Positions 37,520-50,290 are shown, counted from the stretch's first letter. The stretch is 64,000 bases of DNA from Podarcis muralis (GCF_964188315.1 NC_135667.1:25358001-25422000), one strand, 5' to 3'. Translations and numbers: made by a program. The notes: a model not told the origin generated them from the sequence alone.

Positions 37520-38572
37520 CTAAAGGGAGGAGGGTGCAGAAAAGAAACAGAATGAATAGGAATGCTTTAATGGATATATCCAGTGAATTTTTCTGCAAGA
37601 TTTAAAAATGTACACCAGCACAATAAACAAAACTGCAAAACCATGAGAACTACCTTATCCCACATGTCCCTATGTGACCGCTATAATATCTGGTCTGCGT
37701 TTGTAAGAAGATTGGTTAGTTTGGCAGTGCCTTCACTTTGAAACTCCCTGCCTGTTTTAGATCAAGCAGTCGGCTTCACTGTGGTCTTTTTAATTGCTGC
37801 TAAAAACAGTTTTTTTTAAATTACCCCACTCAGTTGCTTAGAAAGCTGAGGTAAATTTATATTGTTGCAGTATTCTAACCTTTATATATTTTAAGGTTTG
37901 GTTGTGATTTTCTTTCTTTTTTTTCTTCTCTTAACTGATTTTGAGGTTTCATTTGCATTCAAACGGTTTTAAGTAATAATAAGTAAACAAATTGTCATGG
38001 CTTATGGAGTATGCTTCAATTAATGATGGTAAAATATTTATTAAGAATTGTGTTCTATTTCAGTTATGAATGGACACTCTCAAATGGAATTGAGAGAGCT
38101 GGAGCTTTAGGACTGTATATATGAATACTGATAAAGGAGATGAATGACCCATTCTTCCCTGGTGTCATTTGTACATTCTTGCCCAAAAGATTTGTGGCTG
38201 ATTTCATATATTTCTCAATAATTGTCTTCTATGAAGATTAACAAAGCTGCAACTCTGTTAAATCACATTGTTCTCTGCTTTGAGTTAATGCATCTAACCT
38301 CCTTTTGGTGATTGCCCGGCTATATTCAAGCTGATCCTCAATTTTCTATAAGCTCAGATGATGAAAAAACTAGAGGAATGAAAAAGTATGTTGTTTTGTT
38401 TTTATTAATTGTATTAATAAATTCAGGATTTTTTATTTAAGGTTATGCTTTTTTCACAATACCAGTTTACATATTTTAGCATCTATACCATAAAGTGAAA
38501 TATGGTTGACAATACAAACATTAACAGAAAACCACCTTAAACCCATAGTGCTCAGCACAGAGACTGTTATAC

Positions 38573-38864
38573 CTGTGGAATTTTGTAGATATCCAAGACT
38601 GTTGCTGCATAAAGAGAGGTTAGGGGATCAAGTCCCCCAATGACACCTATCAAATCATTCTGAGTGTCACATTTGTAGTTGGGGACGAATCTGTCTGGGC
38701 TGGACGTAAGGAGCAGTGTGGCATGATAAGTCCCCCTGGCAATGAAATAGCTGTCAAAGATGTGGAAGCCCAAAGTGGTATTAGGTAACATCTGAGGGTT
38801 GCAATTGATCTCCTTTACAGCAAATGCCAAGGCTAGGATGTGCTGGTAATTCTTAGGCACCATT
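38573..38864 (-). CDS. V2R-A exon 2
   Basis: [31 protein letters not shown]...YKIPQ, 292 bp. Confidence 0.92.
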
Positions 38865-38922
38865 CTGGAATAAGAATTGCAATCTGCATCAGAAAGATAT
38901 CTTACATTGTGTAAAATTAGAA

Positions 38923-39070
38923 NNNNNNNNNNNNNNNNNNNNNNNNNNNNNNNNNNNNNNNNNNNNNNNNNNNNNNNNNNNNNNNNNNNNNNNNNNNNNN
39001 NNNNNNNNNNNNNNNNNNNNNNNNNNNNNNNNNNNNNNNNNNNNNNNNNNNNNNNNNNNNNNNNNNNNNN
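38923..39070. other. assembly gap (148 N) in V2R-A intron 1
   Basis: Run of N. Confidence 1.
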
Positions 39071-40223
39071 TTTTATTGGCCAAAATCTGAAATTTTGTAT
39101 CTTGAAACACCAGCCCTGTATTGGCGAAAACAAAATTCAACATAATGCTTGACATCTTTCCCAGAAGTGAGAATGGATTCAGGTCTCATACTCAATTTTG
39201 GCCAAAGGAATGCTCATCAAAAATATTTGACTTGAAAAAATAAAATGCATAATGTAAATGGCATATTTAACTTTAAACCTGTGATTCTAACATTCACTTA
39301 ATGTATAACAATAGGTTGTATTCATGACAGTAATCTTATGCATTTTTAAAGTCAATAGTCTTTTCGCATAAGAGATGCTTAAAGGAAAATAACAAGGTTT
39401 TGTTTTTGTTAGTCAACCATTCTGAGAAATAATCAGCATTTCACCTAATCATGGAAGTATTAGTGGACAATAACCAAAACAATAAATTATCTAGTGCAGG
39501 GGGAGAGGATGGAGAGGATGTGAATATGAGATCAATAAGTACCATTATCAGGAATATATGAAGTTAAAAAAGAAGAAGATGATTTAGGATTTAGGATTTC
39601 ATTTCATTTACAGAATAAAGTAGACAAAGGTTTTTAAAATTAATAGATATGCAGTTAGAATAGTCAGGCTTATATGTCAATTAAATCAATTAATCATTAT
39701 TATAGTCTTCCTTATTTTATTGTTATGGGGAACAGGAAGCTTTAACCCATTCAGTATACAATTAATTTCATTGTTATTATTTTTCTATGATCACAATAAT
39801 AAAACTTAGCATTTTGCATATTGCCCTTGCAACAAAACAAAACAATACTCAACATCAAATTGACCAAAGGAAAGGCAAAACTATTTGATTTTTTCCCCTA
39901 ATGTGAAGTCCATTCATTTAATACATTTGGTGATCTATGCAACATCCTCATCCGTTTTCCTAAGATTGTGGAACACTGGCAGATGAGGTCTCTGTTCTCA
40001 TTCATTCAGACAATGGATTCATCTGATTTATGTATCCTCAAAATTTTCTCAACTGCTTCTCCTTCTACAGCTGGGCATTTGGGAAATTACCTGTTTTAAT
40101 GTTTCTATTCTCTCTTTTTTAAAAAAATAGCAGAAAATACAGAAGGAAAAATCAGTAAGGCACAGTTGCCAGATTTGAGTTCTGGGGCTGACTAAACAAA
40201 GGGACAAAGGAAGAAGTCCTTAC

Positions 40224-40441
40224 ACCAGCTCTTCGGGCAATACCTGTGGGGGATCTTCAGCGAAGGCTAAGGCATTAGAGATGATGTAGCTTTGAGAAGC
40301 TATGCCACCAAGGATGAGGTCTCCTGACTGGTGATACTTGTGAAGTGGAGGGTGTGGATCATGAACATGACACTTCACAATGTGAGCCTTGCATGTTGTG
40401 TGAGGTGGCAGTACAAGAAGCATCACCAGAAATATCAGCAT
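40224..40441 (-). CDS. V2R-A exon 1 (signal peptide)
   Basis: MLIFLVMLLVLP...C..HDP..PLHKYHQSGDLILGGI; phase-2 donor GTAAGG. Confidence 0.88.
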
Positions 40442-43400
40442 CCTGAGTGCAAGGAAAAATCCCCACTCAAGGGCTATCACACTATGTCCACTGTCAACTC
40501 CTTTATTAGAGTGTCTATAGTTTCAAAGGCAAATATAAATGCTCATTCAGTCTTTAAAGAAGTCTGAACCCTGAATAATATATATTGTTAATCTCTAGGA
40601 GTAGCTCTAAACTCTAATTGGTATATTTACTAAATACCATGTTTCAAATTCTTTCCTATTCAGATTCCACAGGGAGTTTGATAGGCAGCAGAATTAATTA
40701 TTGCCATTTTTGCAATGACAGGGTTTCACTGTGGAATAGCAGAAGGGAGCTAGTTTGTCACTTTTGAACAAATTTCCCCCTAATTATTCTGGTATCAGAA
40801 TAAGAGCAAGTCATCAGATGTATAATACCATGGTCTAGAAATGGAAAACACATGGACATGTATTAGGGGGACCACACTGAAGTTTCATACAGAACTTTAT
40901 TAGCTCATTCTGGAAAATATCAAACACCCTCTCATAGATTAGAAATGTGGGCAAACCATTGGTAGGAGGAATTATTAGTTGGTGTGTATGTGTGCAGGGT
41001 GGTTTTGCTTACTTTTAACAAAGACATGCCTCTTCTCCAATCAGCAACTCAGTTGCCTTTAGAAACCCAACTGCAGAGTCCTTTGAAACTCTATACTCAA
41101 ATGTTCCTGGGAAAGACAGTATGTAACTAGTGCTGTTTACATGTTACATAAAACAAGAAGCTTATATACCTGGGAATACAGAAAAAGTGTTTTGTATTTG
41201 GATAAGTTTAGTTTGAACATGCAGGAACTTCAATTAGCAAGTGGAAAATATCTGTCTTGATCTCACAAACATGACCTTAATCTCAATAGCAAGCCCTTTC
41301 TTCTCATAGAAATATTAGTTGCAGTATCGTGATTGTGGAGATTTCTAGGGCTGCACACCAGAGTCAGCAGAAGACTGAACACAATCAGACCTATTCAGTG
41401 GAATCTGAGCTTCACAAGAGTCCTGTGAAAATAGCTCCTTATCTCCCTTGGGTGGGTCACCCAGAGTGATCTGCCAGTGGACTCTGCATTGGGTGGGAAG
41501 TTTACAGGGGTTTGCTTCAACAATATGCCCCTTACAGGGAACACAGTAGTGAAAGAGACCCAAGCAGGATTGAATCCACCACTCATTGCTGAAATGAGAA
41601 TTGTTAAACTGTACCTTGCAGGAGTCAATGCTTCTGCTTAGGCTTGGAGAGGGGAAGGAAACACAAGTTTTCTTTCCACGTCATGACTCTTACAGTAGAG
41701 TTTTAAAAAACATTTATGACTGATTATATTACTATCCTGCATGTTTTCCCAAAGGAGCCCCAATTAAACATTAGCCCTGCATTCTCACAGTTGTTGTTAA
41801 TTAAGCAGGCCGCTGTGGTGACCTTGTGCTGCTAGTATCCACAGATGATAGTGACTGATGGTCCATGCTTTCATTCAGTGGAAATTCTTTGGAAAGCAAG
41901 TTCATTTAATTCTTCCTCCTCGAAAATATATGTAATGGGTGCCAACCCAAAGACCCCTGCACTTATTTGCCAGGTTTCATTGTTTATTTTTATTTGATAT
42001 TATTGGTATTATTTTCAGAATAATTGCATATTTATTCTAGAGATAAAGTGAAGCCATACGCAACAAACCCAGCAAAGCATTCCCTGGAAATTCCCGAAAG
42101 TACATTATAAAAGCCTGTATTTCCATGCATATTGTTACCACTTCCATCATCCAAAAGTTGCTTTTTTGCTTGACTGCAATGGTGCTAAATTAGTTCTGCT
42201 GCTGCATAATCATTTCAGGCTATCATTGTGCCTAAACATGGGATTATTAAAACTGAATAGAGGTATGGGTGCATAGAGGTCAGCTTTGATCCCAATTTAT
42301 ATGTGCTTGGTATCTCCTCCCATATTTTTTCACATTTAGCACAGAGGTCTGAAGGTGGCTTGTGATAGATAGTATGGGTTCTTTACTGGACAAACCAGTT
42401 TCTGTATAAGGATTCACACCCTCAAGAAGTATCGATATCTTTTTATGAGGCAGGATTATTATCCTTTACCTCACCTGATTCTGTCCAGCTGTATGAATGA
42501 TATTTTAACCCTATTTTCAGGGCTCTCACAGCACCAGCCCAACAGACTTGTGGGATACAGTATGAACCATGAGTGAAGTTCTGAATTTACTCTCCTCAAA
42601 CCCAAAGGACATATCTTATAGAACTTTGAAGCTTAGGAGGAAGGCAGTGAGAAATTCAACTGAATTGCCTTTCAGAACCAAGGAAACCAAATGTTAATAT
42701 ATAAAAACCTTTAATAAGAAGACCAGGAAATGGTAGGGAAACAGAAGGAAAACAATTATACACAACACAGGATTGTACATGAAACAAATAAATTCAATCT
42801 TATTGAGCTAGATGTTACCTAACTGAACAGAATTGGGTTTCAGTACATGTGAAGAGTTCCTTATAAAATAGCAGTTCAGAACCAAATATTTTTGGGCTCC
42901 TTATCATATGCTTATAGGAAAACTAAAGCTTAAGGTAAAGCTGCACAGATTTATAGGCGTCTGAGACCTGTAGAAGATGGTATTCACCTTAACAAAGATT
43001 GGTGCCTAGCCCAATCAGGAAATACAATTAATCTGTGATGTCAATGAGCTCTTTGCCTGAGAAAAAAAATTCTATGTCCCTAACAGCCCTAAACTGTCAT
43101 TAATGTAAGCATTGCTTGTTCAGAACACTTGATCCATTGCTTAGAACAGTTTAATTTCAGGATGTGTATTCAGAGACAATGCATTTGGTATCTACCCATT
43201 CAGAAATCAATACAGGTGGTGATAATTGCATATATTCTAAGTGGCCCAGTTGTGCTATCTCAATATATTGCCATTATTCAAAGGACTTACCATATTTACC
43301 CAAGTCAAATGCACCATCGAATCTAATGCACATCTCAATTTTCAGAATCTTGAAACAAAAAAAGTATTTACTGCTGAATGTAAATGTGCCACCAAATTTA

Positions 43401-43456
43401 ATGTGGACTTTAATTTTCGCAATGTAATTTGGTCAAAAAAGGTGACCATTAGATTC

Positions 43457-45521
43457 TTTTTTTTTTATAATATTTTTTATTGCGTTTCTTTTCATAATTT
43501 TGTACATTCCAAACCATACAGAATAAATCAAATACAAGAAACAATTTTTTTGATTTTTTTTTACAAAAGAAAACATTGTACTTCCCCACACCTTCCAGAT
43601 CTGCATTCTTTGTAATAACCATGTCAGCAATTTGTTACCTTATTTCAAACCTTGTTACCACTTTCAATTATTATGTAACCGTTATTCAATAAATTATATC
43701 TCAAATTTGATACCTTTAAAATAAACATAATATGGTTGGTTCACTTTGTCTTCTTTTCTCTTTTATCACTTATTTTGCCATTTACTTAATCATATTTGCT
43801 AAAGCATAACATTTCCAATAACATGCACTATCTTAGGATTCATACAACTTATAATATTTTTGCAAATAGTCTTTAAATTTTTCCCAGTCCGCCTCAACCG
43901 ATTCTTCATCCAAATCTCGGATTCTGCCGGTCATTTCAGCTAATTCCATGTAGTCCATCAACTGCGTCTGCCATTCTTCCAGCGTGGGTAAATCTTGTGT
44001 CTTCCAGTTCTTTGCAATGAGAATTCTTGCTGCTGTAGTAGCATACATAAACAACGTTCTGTCTTTCTTTAGCACTTTCTGGTCCACCATGCCCAGCAGG
44101 AAGGCCTCTGGTTTCTTAGGGAAGGTATACCTAAATACCTTTTTCAATTCATTATAAATCATTTCCCAGAAAGCCTTCACTTTTGGGCAGGTCCACCAGA
44201 GATGATAAAATGTACCTTCTGCCTCCTTACATTTCCAACATTTATTATCAGACAGGTGATATATCTTAGCTAGCTTGACTGGGGTCATGTACCACCGGTA
44301 TATCATTTTCATAATATTTTCTTTCAGGGCAGTACATGCCGTGAATTTTATTCCGGTGTTCCATAACCTTTCCCAGTCTTCAAACATAATGTTATGTCCA
44401 ACATCCTGTGCCCATTTTATCATGGCAGATTTAACTGTCTCATCCTGTGTATTCCATTTAAGCAGCAAGTTATACATTCTTGATAATATCTTAGTTTTTG
44501 GTTCTAACAGTTCTGTCTCCAAATTCGATTTTTCCACTTGGAACCCAACTTTTTTATCCATTTTAAAAACCTCTTGAATTTGAGCATAGTGTAACCAGTC
44601 TCGCACCTTATTTTTTAATTTGTCCTGGCTCTGCAGCTTCCAATTGTCTCCAATTTTTTCAATTATTTCCCAATACTTCGGCCAATGAGCCTCCATATTG
44701 GGCCTTTTTCTGGCCTTGGCCTCCATCGGTGATAGCCACCTCGGGGTTTTACTCTCTAATAAGTCTTTATATTTCATCCAGACTGCAAAAATTGCTTTTC
44801 TGACAATATGGTTTTTGAACAGTTTATGAACTTTAACCTTGTCATACCACAAATATGCATGCCAACCAAATGCATTATCAAAACCTTCCAGATCTAGGAC
44901 ATCAGTGTTTTCCAGCAAAAGCCAATCCTTCAACCAGCAGAAGGCTGCAGCTTCATAGTATAACCTCAAGTCCGGCAGGGCAAACCCTCCTCTTTCTTTC
45001 GAGTCAGTTAATATTTTAAACTTTATTCGAGGCTTTTTGCCCTGCCAGACAAACTTAGATATGTCCTTCTGCCATTTTCCAAAACATTCCACTCTGTCCA
45101 CGATCTGTAGGGTTTGAAACAAAAATAACATTTTCGGCAATACATTCATTTTTATAGCTGCGATTCTACCCAACAAGGAAAGTTTCAATCTTGACCAAAT
45201 TTCTAGATCCTTTTTAATTTCCAACCAACATTTTTCATAGTTGTCTTTAAATAAATTCAAGTTTTTGGGAGACAAGTGAATCCCTAGGTATTTCACTTTT
45301 TTAACCACATTTAGTTCTGTTTCTCTCTGGAACCCCTCTGTTTCTGTAGATGTCAAATTTTTGGTCAAAACCTTTGTTTTTTGTTTGTTTAACTTAAATC
45401 CCGCCACCCGACCAAACTCTGCTATAAGTTCTAAGACTCTTTTTGTACTGGGTTCTGGCTCCTGTAGTGTCAAAACTAAGTCATCTGCAAAAGCTTTCAA
45501 TTTATATTGTTTCACTCTGAC
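43457..45521 (-). mobile_element. young 5'-truncated L1 insertion with uninterrupted ORF2 C-terminal half (ORF 43833-45515)
   Basis: FADD RT motif, KYLGI, CWKC..H..WTC knuckle; AATAAA plus poly(A); perfect 17-bp TSD AGGTGACCATTAGATTC (43440-43456 and 45522-45538). Confidence 0.95.
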
Positions 45522-45554
45522 AGGTGACCATTAGATTCAAGTAAATATGGTATA

Positions 45555-45860
45555 CAGGTGAAACTCGGAAAATTAGAATGTTGTGGAAAAGTTCATTTAT
45601 TTCAGTAATTCAACTTAAAAGGTGAAACTAATATATGAGATAGACTCATGGCATGCAAAGTGAGATATGTCAAGCCTTTATTTGTTATAATTGTGATGTT
45701 TATGGCATACAGCTGATGAAAACCCCAAATTAACAATCTCAGAAAATTAGAATATTAAATGAAATCACTAAATGAATATTAAATTAAATGAATATATTAA
45801 ATGAAATGAATCTATCTCATATATTAGTTTCACCTTTTAAGTTGAATTACTGAAATTCAG
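45555..45860. mobile_element. Tc1-like DNA transposon end fragment
   Basis: TA-CAGGTGAAACTCGGAAAATTAGAAT terminus; internal inverted copy (ATATTAGTTTCACCTTTTAAGTTGAATTACTGAAAT). Confidence 0.55.
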
Positions 45861-46301
45861 AACCTGATACAGAGCACTCTATTACACTGGATCTGATACT
45901 ATGGAAAACAGATTCATGAGCAAAAAACAAACAAATATGGACATACTGAAATGTAAAAGACCAGCTTCATCCCCACAAAAAAATTGTTTTTTTTAGTATC
46001 GGTACTTCTAACCATGTCTGCTTACATGTTTGCAAATTCCTGCACTGTGGAGGGTCCCTTCCAACTCCACAATTCTGTGATTCTATGTCAGTATCCCAAA
46101 GAATGGAGTGAGAATTACTTCCTTATAAAGGGTTAGCATTGCAGCCCTGACTGTAGTGTTTTTGGGACGGGGAACAATGTTTATTAGAGAGAGCTGACTT
46201 TTTAGTAGCATCCACTTTAGAAGAAAAATCAACCCTAAATTCTTATCAAATGAAGAAGTAATGTATAATAAACATGACTCTGGTTCACTAATTAAAGAAA
46301 T

Positions 46302-47203
46302 TCAATTAGTTCTTCGTATTAGCTGTTCCCTTTTGTTCAATTCAGGTTTCAACAAAATAATGTAGCATTTGGGTGAAAAGATGCAGACCAACAATCCAGC
46401 ACTGGAGGCTAAGATAGAAAAGATCTCCACAGCTACCATGTATTTCCCCTTAGTGCTCAAGTAGGTTGGAACAAAGGATAACCACACACTGCAAAACACT
46501 AACATGCTAAAAGTGATATATTTGGATTCATTGAATGTGTCGGGTAACTTCCTGGCAAGGAAGGCCAAAGTGAAGCTGGCAATGGCCAGGAAGCCAATAT
46601 AGCCAAGGACACAATAAAACATAATCACGGTCCCCTCGTTACATCCAAGTATTATTTCTTCAGCCATTGAGTGTACATCAGCCTCTGGCAACGGGGGAGA
46701 GATTACCAGCCACACAATGCAAATGCCTCCTTGTATAAGGGAGCAAGAAAGTACAATGGAATTGGCCAGCCTCTTTCCCACCCATTTCCTCATTCTGGAT
46801 CCTGGCTTGGTGGCCATGAAAGCCAGAACCACAGTGAGGGTTTTTGCCAGCACACAAGAAACAGCCACGGAGAAGACGATGCCAAAAGCAGTTTGACGGA
46901 GGAGACATGACACCTTCTGAGGCTGTCCAATGAATAGCAGTGCAGAAAGGAAGCAGAGCAGGAGGGAGAGGAGAAGTGTGTAGGAGAGCTGCCGGTTGTT
47001 GGCTTTGACAATGGGAGTGTTATGGTTCTTCATAAATGTGAAGAGGACTAGAATGGTGACCAAAGAACAGGAAAGAGTAGAAAGGGCTAAACTTAGCCCC
47101 ACAGGTTCTTCAAAAGACAAGAAGCTTATTTCCTTGGGAATACATAAATCATGGTTTTTATTTGGATATGTTTGTTCTGAACATGTGGAACAATCACTCA
47201 TAT
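46302..47203 (-). CDS. V2R-B exon 6 (7TM)
   Basis: Open 902-bp exon with class C 7TM motifs. Confidence 0.93.
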
Positions 47204-47529
47204 CTGAAATGGAAAATACATGGTTTAATCTCACAAACATGCCATTAATCTCTCTTTTTTCAAATTTTTAATTGATTTTCACAAAATTAAAAACACACTA
47301 ACAAATAAACAGACAAACATAAATCTTAACCTTATTGAAACTAATCTTCTTAACATTGTTAAGTGACTTCCTCGTATCCCCCTAGTTGAATTTCAATGCA
47401 TATCATTTTAACAGTTTTCCAAAAAACATGCCATTAATCTCAAGCCGTTTATGCAATTTGAATCTATAGCCCTGTTGTGATTAAATATCACATAATCTCC
47501 CTCCTATTTCTAAACACATTATTGCTTAC

Positions 47530-47656
47530 CCTTCTGGTCTGAAATCTTCCCTTCTGGACAGGGGATGCAATCATAGCAACAAAATGGCTCCCCTTCTTTT
47601 GCTTTCTTGCTTGAAGCAGGACTGCACTGCTCACTGCATAGAGAAATAGGCCTTGT
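47530..47656 (-). CDS. V2R-B exon 5
   Basis: TRPISLCSEQCSPA...CCYDCIPCPEGKISDQK, 127 bp. Confidence 0.9.
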
Positions 47657-48105
47657 CTAATCCATGAAGGAAAAAAGTGAATATTGATCTTGGAGTCATT
47701 ATTGGGATGGCTAATTTTAAATTATTTCAAACTGAACCTTTAGTCACCACATAAAAGTGGTGATACAGGCTGACCTTGTCCAGAATGCACTCATTGTGAG
47801 GAAGGAACCATGTGCCCTTTCTCAAAGTGAGACACTGAGGGCTGTTTTCATAAACAGAAGGCTGGTCATTTATATTAGCTGCATTGCAGGAAATAACAGT
47901 TCACGGCTCCCCTGTATCCAGCAGCTGAAACAATGATCTAATTGTGTCTTATGATAGTGGCAATGCCACAGTTAAGGAGCGTGGTCATGTCCATTTTGTT
48001 CCATTTGAATTATTGAACTCCGGTCTCATTGCCAATATTCAATCAATATTCAATCAATTATAGGAATACATATTTTTAAAGAAACATGCTATTGTGATGG
48101 TATGG

Positions 48106-48609
48106 TGTCAGTATGCTCTCATCGGCTCCCGAATGGTTACCCAGGAAAGTATAAAGACAAGGAAAAGTTTCCTACAGTCCTTTCTTCATTTCAGACTTTT
48201 CAGAGAGAGGCTATAGAACCCAGGCTCTTGGAGAACAGTGTTGTCCCGAGTGAATCTCCACCCTCACTTTTTCTGTTTCCAACTTCCCCATCCATCAATA
48301 TAATCACCTCCTCTACAGGTGCTCCTAAGTGCCCTCTGTCTTTGAGCTCCTTGCTCTCATACTTTTAAGGCTCACCAGGTTCTGGGAGATGGAGGGTCTG
48401 ATATGATTTCTAATGACAAGGTGTCAGCCAAGTGTTGGCCCAGCTGTCCCATGATTACCCAACTTTCCCCCCTCATCTGTCTCTGAGCTGTGACCTCCCT
48501 CAAATGCCTGTTGTAAATACAGTATATGCCATCTACCTCTTCTTCTTCCCTAGAAGAGCCAAGATGGGGAGATGGATTCCACCATTCCTCCTTTGCCCAT
48601 TACCTGACA
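48106..48609 (-). mobile_element. solo-LTR-like element in V2R-B intron 4
   Basis: TGTCAG...CTGACA termini; paralogous copy at 58270-58766; no TSD seen. Confidence 0.4.
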
Positions 48610-49318
48610 CTGTAGCCTCCTCTCACCAGCCAAAGTACCCAGAATACTGAGGTTACTGAATCAGTGAATTACAAAGTATTAAGGGCTGTTTTGTTACAGG
48701 CAAGAAGGAAATAAAGTTTTCCACTTGTTGAGAGGGAATAGGACTCCTGTCTGGTGATGCTTGCTAGATTGCTCACCTCCCTGACTCTCACTCAGCAGAC
48801 TTCAAGCAGCTGACAGAAATCATTGCATAAAGAAAATGCTTAAAAGTGACATATAGCTTGGTCCTATGAAGGGAATTTGATATTTTGGGTAATATTCAAT
48901 GGTGCAGTATTCTGAGCGTACCCCCTGAAATTAGTGTGCATGTTTGCATTCCCATGTGCATGATACCTGAGGCCAGGTGAGGGGTAAATAAGTGATAAGA
49001 TACAGGGTGTGGGTATTAGGTTGAACTAGGCCAAAAAAAATAAATTGATTAGAGAAATAGTTAGGTTTCGGCCAAAGTATTTGATATGTATGTGGTATCA
49101 AGCAACCCACTTCCTGCCAGTACAGCCGGGGGGAGGGGATGTGCATCCAATCACTAGCTGTGCAGGAAGGAAACCATCACCCTGGGATCATGTCACAGCC
49201 ATGCTGGGAACCGAATGCCACTTCCTTGGATACCAAATAAGTGCAGACTAACTATTTATTTCAATACAAAAAAAATTCCTTCCAGTAGCACCTTAAAGAC
49301 CAACTAAGTTAGTTCTTG

Positions 49319-49356
49319 GTATGAGCTTTCGTGTGCATGCACACTTCTTCAGATAC
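49319..49356 (-). ncRNA. minimal type I hammerhead ribozyme (Penelope-associated)
   Basis: GUAU-CUGAAGA-aGUGUG caug CACAC-GAAAGCUC-AUAC: core CUGANGA/GAAA, stem I, stem II, palindromic AGCU helix III, CUC cleavage triplet. Confidence 0.75.
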
Positions 49357-49931
49357 ACTGAAACAGAAGTTGCCAGATCCTTCTATATAGTGAGAAGGTG
49401 GGGAGGGGTATTACTCAGAAGGGTGGTGGGAATGGGTGATTGGCAGATAGCTGTGATGAGCCTGTTGACGACTCTTAACGACTGCAATAGGTCTTACAGG
49501 AAAAAGTAAGGGGTGAGAAGGTAAAAAATGGCTTTGTCATGTATAATGAGATAAGAATCCAATGTCTTTGTTCAGACCAGGTCTCTCCATGGTTTTAAGT
49601 TTGGTAATGAGTTGCAATTCAGCAGCTTCTCTTTCCAGTCTATTTCTGAAATTCCTTTGTAGTAAAACAGCTACTTTGAGATCTTGTATAGAATGTCCTA
49701 GGAGATTGAAGTGTTCTCCTACTGGTTTCTCTGTCTTGTGATTCTTGATGTCAGATCTATGTCTGTTTATTCTTTGGCGTAAGGTCAAACCTTACGCCAA
49801 ATCTTTGCAGTCGTTAAGAGTCATCAACAGGCTCATCACAGCTATCTGCCAATCACCCATTCCCACCACCCTTCTAATATCCCTCCCCACCTTCTCACTA
49901 TATAGAAGGATCTGGCAACTTCTGTTTCAGT

Positions 49932-49970
49932 GTATCTGAAGAAGTGTGCATGCACACGAAAGCTCAATAC
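49932..49970 (+). ncRNA. second hammerhead copy (1-nt insertion next to stem I)
   Basis: GTATCTGAAGAAGTGTGCATGCACACGAAAGCTCAATAC. Confidence 0.6.
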
Positions 49971-50290
49971 CAAGAACTAACTTAGTTGGTCTTTAAGGTG
50001 CTACTGGAAGGATTTTTTTTTTGTTTTGACTATGGCAGACCAACACAGCTACCTATCTGTATTTATTTCATTCAATAAAGAATATTTTACACATATTCAA
50101 TGCAAAAAAGGCATATTCTTTGTTCACCCAACAACTTATCAATACATAAAATCAAAGAGCTCCTGAAGAGGAATTTCATGAAGTGTACTTTGTATAATCA
50201 GTTCCCAAATTCTCCATAAATTCCATACTCAACACTGAGCAGAGAAACTGTGTTAAAATCAGGACTAAAATAGCTACAATCTGATTGTAC

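Larger units (their letters stand above)
31858..40441 (-). other. V2R-A gene: vomeronasal type-2 receptor (Vmn2r26-like class C GPCR), 6 coding exons, 875 aa, apparently intact
   Basis: Exons 40224-40441, 38573-38864, 36659-37519, 36267-36494, 34215-34341, 31858-32759; all GT-AG with compatible phases; total 2628 nt. Confidence 0.9.
49264..50059 (-). mobile_element. Penelope-like element (GIY-YIG endonuclease C-terminus) with inverted pseudo-LTR arms
   Basis: ORF 49537-49788 LRQRINRHRSDI..PVGEHFN..HS..DLKV..ELQLI.KL.T..GLN; ~220-bp inverted arms at 49268-49487 and 49805-50022; 11-bp TSD TATTTATTTCA; absent from V2R-C. Confidence 0.88.

Noticed and set aside
41345-41640. ORFs upstream of V2R-A considered as a possible relic V2R exon
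   Set aside because: No recognisable V2R or TE motif and no counterpart upstream of V2R-B
34511-45521. The two L1 fragments are almost exactly end-to-end complementary (one stops at ...VG*KQ, the other starts VKQYKLKAFADD) and lie in opposite orientation, suggesting one L1 split by an inversion or twin priming
   Set aside because: The 43457-45521 copy has its own perfect 17-bp TSD and an intact ORF, while the other is decayed, and the V2R-A exons are colinear with B and C. Most likely two independent insertions.
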